From Camelus dromedarius (taxonomy: Eukaryota): DNA of 64,000 nucleotides. A program made the translations under genes and the position numbers. Under the pieces are notes generated by a model. The model worked only from the letters and a program-made list of their open reading frames with translations, was not told where the DNA came from and did not search any database. Within the stretch, counting starts at the first letter, position 1. Each line of letters starts with the position of its first letter. The stretch is from NCBI RefSeq assembly GCF_036321535.1, contig NC_087437.1, positions 62,064,001-62,128,000 of the forward strand, given 5' to 3'. Below are positions 56,835-64,000 of this stretch, one piece after another.

Positions 56835-59800
56835 AAAAAATGTGTAAATAATACTGGCACTTTAGAACAGATTAATCAAGAGTGGGGTTACTCTGTGTAA
56901 AATGGAGTGCTGTACAGATTTAAGAGCAATGCGTTATAACAAGTTAAGCTGATATGAATAGCAAGATAATCCAATAACTGCATTTTGTTTGGTTAGTCAG
57001 CATTCTTTGAACTGCCTTACATGTTGTCACCTTTATAGAAGCAATGCATTACTTGTTTTAGATCAGAAACTTGCTATTCCACCTACATCAAGTTTAAAAG
57101 GAAAAAAAAAGACTTTCGCACAATTGTTTCCTAACTGATAACATTGTACATTCTTAGGAGATTAGTAATTGTGTGAAATTTACTCATACTGTTTCTAAGT
57201 TTTTCAGCATAGTCATGGCACTTCAGCAGGGAATCTGAGTATACTTTACAGAGTGAACTTATAAGTTTAAATGTCAAGAGAATTATGGCTTAAATAAATT
57301 AGTATGTCCTATAGGGGGAAAAAAAAGAAACCAAGAAACCACCTTTTAAAAAGAGCGATATGCCATATACCCTTGATTTTCATTTTGCATTATATTGACA
57401 TGGTTTTTTTTTTGAGAAAAAAAAAGTAATAAAAATCTGATAGTCTAAGACTCCACTATTTAAAAGCCTAATTACTTTTAAAATATGCATACTTTCTAAA
57501 CTTTTACCAAAATGCATAACTGTTGAAGCGTTCACTTCTCTATGAAAGTATGCATATTGGTGTCAGTTTCTTTGTACAGTTGTACTTAGATATTTTTTAT
57601 GATTTTTCATGTGCAGGTATCAAGGTTTTGAAGTTTTAGTAAAAAGATATTCTGTAGATTACATTCCCAAGAACATAATGCTTACACAAAATGTATATTC
57701 CACGTTTTAAAGCTTAATTGTATTTTACTTTACCTATACACTTCAGTTAACATAGAGCACTTAGAATCTATTTGGTATTTTTGATTTCTCAGAGTAAAAA
57801 AAATTAGATTTTTAGGTTTGATATGGTTGTGTCATAATCATCTCATAATTGAAATTTTTAATTTTTGGCAATAAAAGGAAATTGGGTATCTTTGGAACTG
57901 TAAAACCTGGTTTAATCCTTCTCTTTCTAGAATCTTGATAGATTGGATAATTAAACAGTATCCAGAGAAACTAAAGAAATGGGCATTTTAATTGCTTATT
58001 TTATCTTGAGTTACTTTTTAATGAACACTGCTCATTACAATTTTACAAACCAAAAGTGTTTACTAATTCTAGTAACTTCAATTTCTTTTTCAGCTAGATG
58101 AGTGATCGGAAACTTTTTGTTGCATTTCAAAATCTAAATAAACTACAGACTTTATCCTTATACCACGAATGTTTTTTTTTTTAATATTTGTCTTAAAATG
58201 ATACAGCATGGTACAATAAACAGTGCTTTTATACATATATACATATTATATATATACTTTTCTAAAGAACAATGGTTTGAGTTACACTTTGGACAGTTTA
58301 ATTTTTGGAAATTAACATTAGTTATATTGATTTTATTATCTTCCTTAATTTGTTCCAACTTTTTGGTTTCTTATTTTAAATTTCCACCATCTTTGTCACA
58401 ATGCACATATTGATAGAGCACCAGTGATGATCTAAAATTAGTACCCTTGGATGATGAAACTGTTAATTTCCATTCTAACTTTTAGATTGGCCTTACAGAT
58501 CTACAGCCTTTGTTTCAGTATAGAATGTTATACACTTAAATTATTTTTTTCTTTTATTTAATGTTATCCCAAGACTGTTCTCATAAAGAAAGGGAACAAA
58601 GAAATAGCCACCCTTAACATCTTTTACATTTATTTTGAATATATTGGTGTTTTTATGATAAGGAATGTAAGTTATGTTTAATGTGGTTTCCTCTACACTT
58701 TGGTTATTAAACTTTGCTTGAAGTATTCTCCCATTTGACAGCTGTCTTTGCTGCCAAATTTTTCTAGAATTTTAGACTTCTTTGAAGTAAATATTTAACT
58801 TCTGCCATTATTGACTCTGAAGAGTGGTGTGTGTCATGTTGCACATCACAACCTCAAGAAGGCTTCATTCAGGCAAGCCCTTGCCCATGGAACTGTGCTC
58901 ACCCTCGGGAGGCAGTTGTGTTTTTCACGTACTGCTATCGGATGGTAGTAGGCATTATTTCCTGAGTTGGCTTTTTGTTTTTTTTTTTTTTAAGCCCAAT
59001 CAGTATTTCTGCTCTGTTGAGAACGTGTACAGCATGAAGCTTTTTGTTTGTTTGTGTTAACATCACCAGCACAGTTTTTAGAATGTGGCTCTACTGCTGA
59101 GCAGTTAGGGGAAGCTAAGGAGGGAAGGCCTTTGAAAGTGGCAGTCACGCAAGCAGAAGTTCAGGTGTTGTATTCCTGTCTTCAACACATTTCTTTACAT
59201 AATGGCAGACTTTTCTACCACATTATAAGCATTTTTGAGATAAATGATACTTTGGCATAACTTACTGACTTACCACTTAAGTATAGTCATTGCTCTCTTA
59301 CTGTGAAATTCTGCATGCCTACCAGAGTTACCTTGCATTTATCATATGATAAATATCTCAACATCTCCCCACTTTGGTTCAGAAAGTTACTTAATTTCTA
59401 TCTGGGCATTAATAGAGAAAGCAAGTAGCCTTTTGTGCTACTTTAAATCAGAATATTGAGGATATGAGATATCCTTTTGCGATTTTTTTTTTTCATTTCT
59501 CTCAGTGAGCCAATTGTTCTATGAAAACATGCTCTTACACCCTTAAACTTGGTGAAGTGTGAGTGAGGTGTGCTTTCTTAGGACACATTCTCACATTTGG
59601 AGATTGGAAATACCACATTAGATGAGGAAATATCTCTGGAACATCTAAAAGTGTGTGTATGTGTTTTTTATTTTTTAACTTATTGCACACATATTTCATT
59701 TGGTTCAGAATACTTGAAGTGGCTCTTAGATTTTTTGGACCTACTTGCAGATTTTCTAGTTGATACCGTAGGAATCCATCCTTTTTGCTCTGGCTGAGGG

Positions 59801-60193
59801 TGGTCAGTGGTTAGGAAGTTTCCTCGTTCTGAGAGGCAAAAGAGGCCTTGTGCTCAGGGTAGGCTTCCATTTCCACAGGCCAGAGAAACTTGCAAAGTGC
59901 CAGCTAAGTTAGCTCTCCTGCCACTTCTTTCATTTTGTTAATTTGGGTTTTTAAAGGGCTGTTTTAAAAAAAAAAAAGCCGGGAAACTTTAAAAGTAGGC
60001 ATTACTGTAAAACTACATTTCTTAGGCTTAGAACATTTTAAACTAGAACTCGTTTTTCACAGTATACTTACTTGAAGAAGCACTATTATAATCAATGAGC
60101 AACTTTTTGACTCTGCCATTTAATTTAAACCTTTTCCGTTTCAAATTGCTTTATTTCAGGGAAATAATTTTCCAGTTTTTGCTATATTCTGCA

Positions 60194-60199
60194 AATAAA
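60194..60199 (+). terminator. Candidate intermediate polyadenylation signal
   Basis: AATAAA followed by the U/GU-rich ATGTTTCCTTTTTTC. Confidence 0.35.
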
Positions 60200-62800
60200 A
60201 ACCATATGTTTCCTTTTTTCACTTAAACTTTTGGTAGGAAACAAACTAAAGCAGACAAACATTTCTTGTTGTGTTTGTTGCTTTCTTTAATCCAATGGAT
60301 AAAAAAGTAAAACCCTGTAAACATTATTTTATTTTTTTATGCAATACCATGCTGTAAATATGGTTCATCAAATAAGGATGTACCTGTGATTGAATCTTTA
60401 ATTCTGCACAGTTAGAGTTTATATATAAACGTGTCTTGACAATCAAGGACTTTTATGTGAGTCTTCCTTTATGATGTTTATTAATGTTATGCATTCCATT
60501 TGTTTTGAAGTGAGTACCAATGTGCTAATTTGTATTGTCTGAAAGTATGTAATGTTTTTACAGCTTGTTTTTAAGAATCTGTAAATATGTACAAACAGAT
60601 CACAGTACTGCTTTATGTTAGAAGGCATATGATGTTGTACTGTATGTAAGCAATAATACATAGCAGTGCTAACTTTACAAGTAGCATCAGGAAAGTTCTA
60701 AAAACATTTCAGAGTTATTAATTATCTTTATTTCATTTAATAATGATTATCTTTAATCAGTTTTATAAGCAAATTCCATTGTTCCTCCTATGGGAACATA
60801 ACACTGTTTACACAGCATAATTGAAGTTGCAGGGGAGACAGGCTAAATCTGACTTCATCTGTACTCATTTTCACTAAGCATTGAATGGCCTTACCACTCT
60901 TCTGCAAGATGGAGGAAGACCGCAAAACTTAGTGCCCATCACACTGAAGGAAGGGGGTGTGTTTTTCTTTTCCTGCTTCTGTACTGCTACCTAACTTTGT
61001 GGTTTGCTTTGGATTTTAATATTTGTTTCTGTTTTAGATTCAAGCCCATAAGTTTTGAGGTGACTTCAGCTCCATTGTGAAATAGTTCTCTTCATATTTC
61101 AATAGCTACATTTCAAGAATTCTAAACTTTCTACTTTGATTTTTAGATACTTATTTTTCAACCTTGATTTCTCAGCTGATCAGATGAATTTATTCAACTT
61201 CAATACAAAGAAAGACAAACCTATTGTAGTTTGAATTGAGTAGATTAGTATACTGTACAGAACAGCTAACTATTTGAACACACACATCACTGCTTTAGAA
61301 ACAAAACCGCCAATTTATAAATGTATATGACCTACATTTTATAGGAAAAATGTTTTTAAATGCTAGTCATTTATATAATGTGCTTTGAAGGATTTGCTAG
61401 TCCACTTCTGTCACTTTTTAGTACACTGGTATCTTTTATATGTAATGTATGCTTTTTATTATTGTAGCAAAGCATTTCACTAGAAAGAATTTTGCAACAA
61501 TATGGGGGAAATTTTTCATTGTTGGATTTGAATTATACTGGATTTTATCTGTGTAGTCTTAATTGTCTTTATTTTAATACTGTCTGGAAGGGAACTTGGT
61601 ATCCAAATAAAGCAGGTAACCTCATTTTACTTCAAGGGCATACTGTGTAGTGCTGAATTTAATCTGGAAATCTGATGATTTTGAAAAGAAAAACAAGTTT
61701 ATAAAATTGTACAGAAGAAATTAAATGTGTAATGGAAATCCTGATGGTGGAGCACGTTGAATTTTCTGATATATAGTGTTTTCCTGGGATCCCCTATGCC
61801 TTCTTTGTATTTCAACTAATAAAGGAAAATCCCTGTCATTGAAACTGGTAGGATAATAGGATATTCTGATTATACAGTATTACTCCTCCTGTCCCGTTTT
61901 CTGACCCTTTCTCAATCACTGTAAATTTTATTTTCTATTTCTTAACTGATAATTAAACATGTACATAATATAGACATTGTTGTATAGAACTGAATGAATT
62001 GGGTTGCTAAGCTTGAAAGCGTAACTAAGCGGCAATATTATGGGTACTGAGAATTTATAAAATGCCAGAACCAATTTACAGGTGAAAGGGGAGCGTCATG
62101 TGTCCTGGGGAGGTCACAGCCGATGTTTCTTCAGCCCCCTGGGAAATCAGTGTGAAAGAACGACAAACTCAGTATCTGACACAAGTGGGTTTTTCCTTCC
62201 CCACCTCCCCTCCAAATATATGAGCACTAAATTTCAACGTCTACTCAGGTGAAAATTGCTTTGCAATGAAACTTATCACATTGAAATTTTCACTGTTAAA
62301 TAAAAAGATATTTGTGATATTTTTAAATACAAATTTTCACATCAGTAGTCAACAGCCTGGCAATTGAAATTCGGTAAGTAAATATATTTTAAAATACATT
62401 TTACCTTCCAAAGAGAATTGTTTTCAAACAATTGGGAGGATTTTTTGTTGTTGTTTAAATGCGTTTTTTTATTGTCATTGTAAAAATAAAATTTTGCTTG
62501 ACCCCATATTATGCCATGAATGAATTGCTGAGCCTTTATAATACAATGAAAGCTTGTTTCATGCATAATCATGGAACACAGAAATGTTCTTTAAACTGAC
62601 CTATTCATTAAGAGGTTTAACGAGTTTCACAGCTTCTGGCATTACTGTCATGTAGTTAACCTTGCCATTTGGAGTTTATAATACTATTTTATGTATTGTG
62701 ATACTAAAGGAAGTTGTTTTGTTTTATTTTTAATTGAATTATTAGACTAATTTATATTTGCAAATTCTGCATTTTAAATGTGGACACTGGCTGTTTGAAA

Positions 62801-62806
62801 AATAAA
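62801..62806 (+). terminator. Candidate distal polyadenylation signal AATAAA
   Basis: AATAAA with U-rich sequence upstream (TGTA at 62692) and T-rich sequence downstream, near the end of the repeat-free tract. Confidence 0.5.
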
Positions 62807-64000
62807 ATACAGAATTCAGTTTTATGAATAATTTCCTAGCTGAATTTTTCACAATATTCTGAACCAAATAACTAATGGTAAATTTATTTAAAAACCATGG
62901 TAAGAGTAATAGTAAAAAGAGAAAAAAAGATGTCTGAATGGAATTAACAGTTCATTAGACAAACTGGGTAACAGCAGGGCCTTTACTGTAGCTCTGTGTA
63001 GAATGTTACTATTAGGCAGTTCTAAAATGCAGGAGTCAAATGTTAACTGTCATCCAGTATTTTAGACTTGAAATATGTCTAATGTGGAGCTAAGAATATA
63101 TGTGATTTTTTTCTTTATGGATAATACTCAGTTAACTTACATGGGATTTTCTTTTCCATTAGTGAAGATTTGTTTTCATCCACTTACCTCCTTGCCGGTT
63201 CCCCCTGCCTATCTTGTGGCCAGTGGGACACCTTGTAAGAAAGCTGTCTGCAGCTAGGAGTGCAGTTTGGGTCCTTGGGACAAACAGAAACGAATTGGCT
63301 TTTGCAGGGGTTAGTTCCAGGACCCTGACTTTATTAGCATGGTGCTTTAGCTTATTGTATATGTTAACACCACTGATAGTGTACTACTCTGTTTCCTAGA
63401 TCCCAGTTTTTCTTGAATGATAGGAATGGTAGGGAGAGGGGTGGTGAGATACTCTGCATGATAGTTCTCCCACCTTCTGAAGACTATGAGAAAAAATAAA
63501 ATTGAAATCATTTGAATTAATGTGTTACGTTACTGAGTCTTACTTGACATTTTATCATGCGCAAAAGGAGTATGAAGATTTTTATAATTACATGTTTGGA
63601 TAGAATTAAATTTTTCTGCAGAGTGCTAGCAATCTCACACGCTTTGATTAACCTGATATGGTATTGGAATCAATTACATTCATTTGATGGATAAAGAATC
63701 AATGGAGTGGAAGAGTTTTAAGTGAACTAAAAGTAAATTTTGAGTCTCAGAATTTTAATTCTTTTGTCATTTTCAAATGGCCTTAAAAGGACATTTACAG
63801 TAAAAACATTTTATGAACACACTCTTGCAGATGTATATGCATATGAGTAAGAGCTGGGATGTGAAATGTGATACTGTAAATGACAATGACATTTTCAAAG
63901 TGATTTTTCAAACTACTAGAAGAATCCAAGTTTAGAAATGGTCTTGAATTGTGAAATAGAGAATATTTGAGCCTTTGCATATCCACCCATTTATTCAGAT

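Larger units (their letters stand above)
56835..62830 (+). other. ZNF148: Long ZNF148 3'UTR (~6 kb), distal end approximate
   Basis: AU-rich, no recognisable interspersed repeats (unlike the introns), many AATAAA, PUM and miRNA-seed motifs. ZNF148 is known to have a multi-kb 3'UTR. Confidence 0.7.

Overview
This is AT-rich mammalian genomic DNA, most likely from a camelid: it carries two tRNA-derived Vic-1-type SINEs, and I recognised no Alu, B1, Bov-tA or PRE1. The window holds the 3' part of ZNF148 (ZBP-89) on the + strand. Five coding exons (22555-22680, 29676-29799, 31106-31189, 54810-54928, 55236-56834) splice in frame to give 683 codons, which correspond to residues 112-794 of the human protein as I recall it. 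They include all four zinc fingers. A ~6 kb, essentially repeat-free 3'UTR follows. The introns are filled with L1 fragments (mostly antisense), L2, MIR, hAT/Tigger MITEs and SINEs. Apart from the last ZNF148 exon, the ORF track is L1 remnants or noise. I see no new gene family or system. The best leads are in splicing: a candidate recursive-splice/poison exon at 36736-36786, a strong-consensus poison microexon at 37503-37524, a one-finger symmetric exon, and a 120-nt AG-exclusion zone before the last exon. There are also several unusual retrotransposition footprints: a polyadenylated LTR retrocopy, a poly(A)-only insertion and a SINE with a triplicated head. Repeat subfamily names come from memory of consensus sequences, and repeat boundaries without TSDs are approximate.
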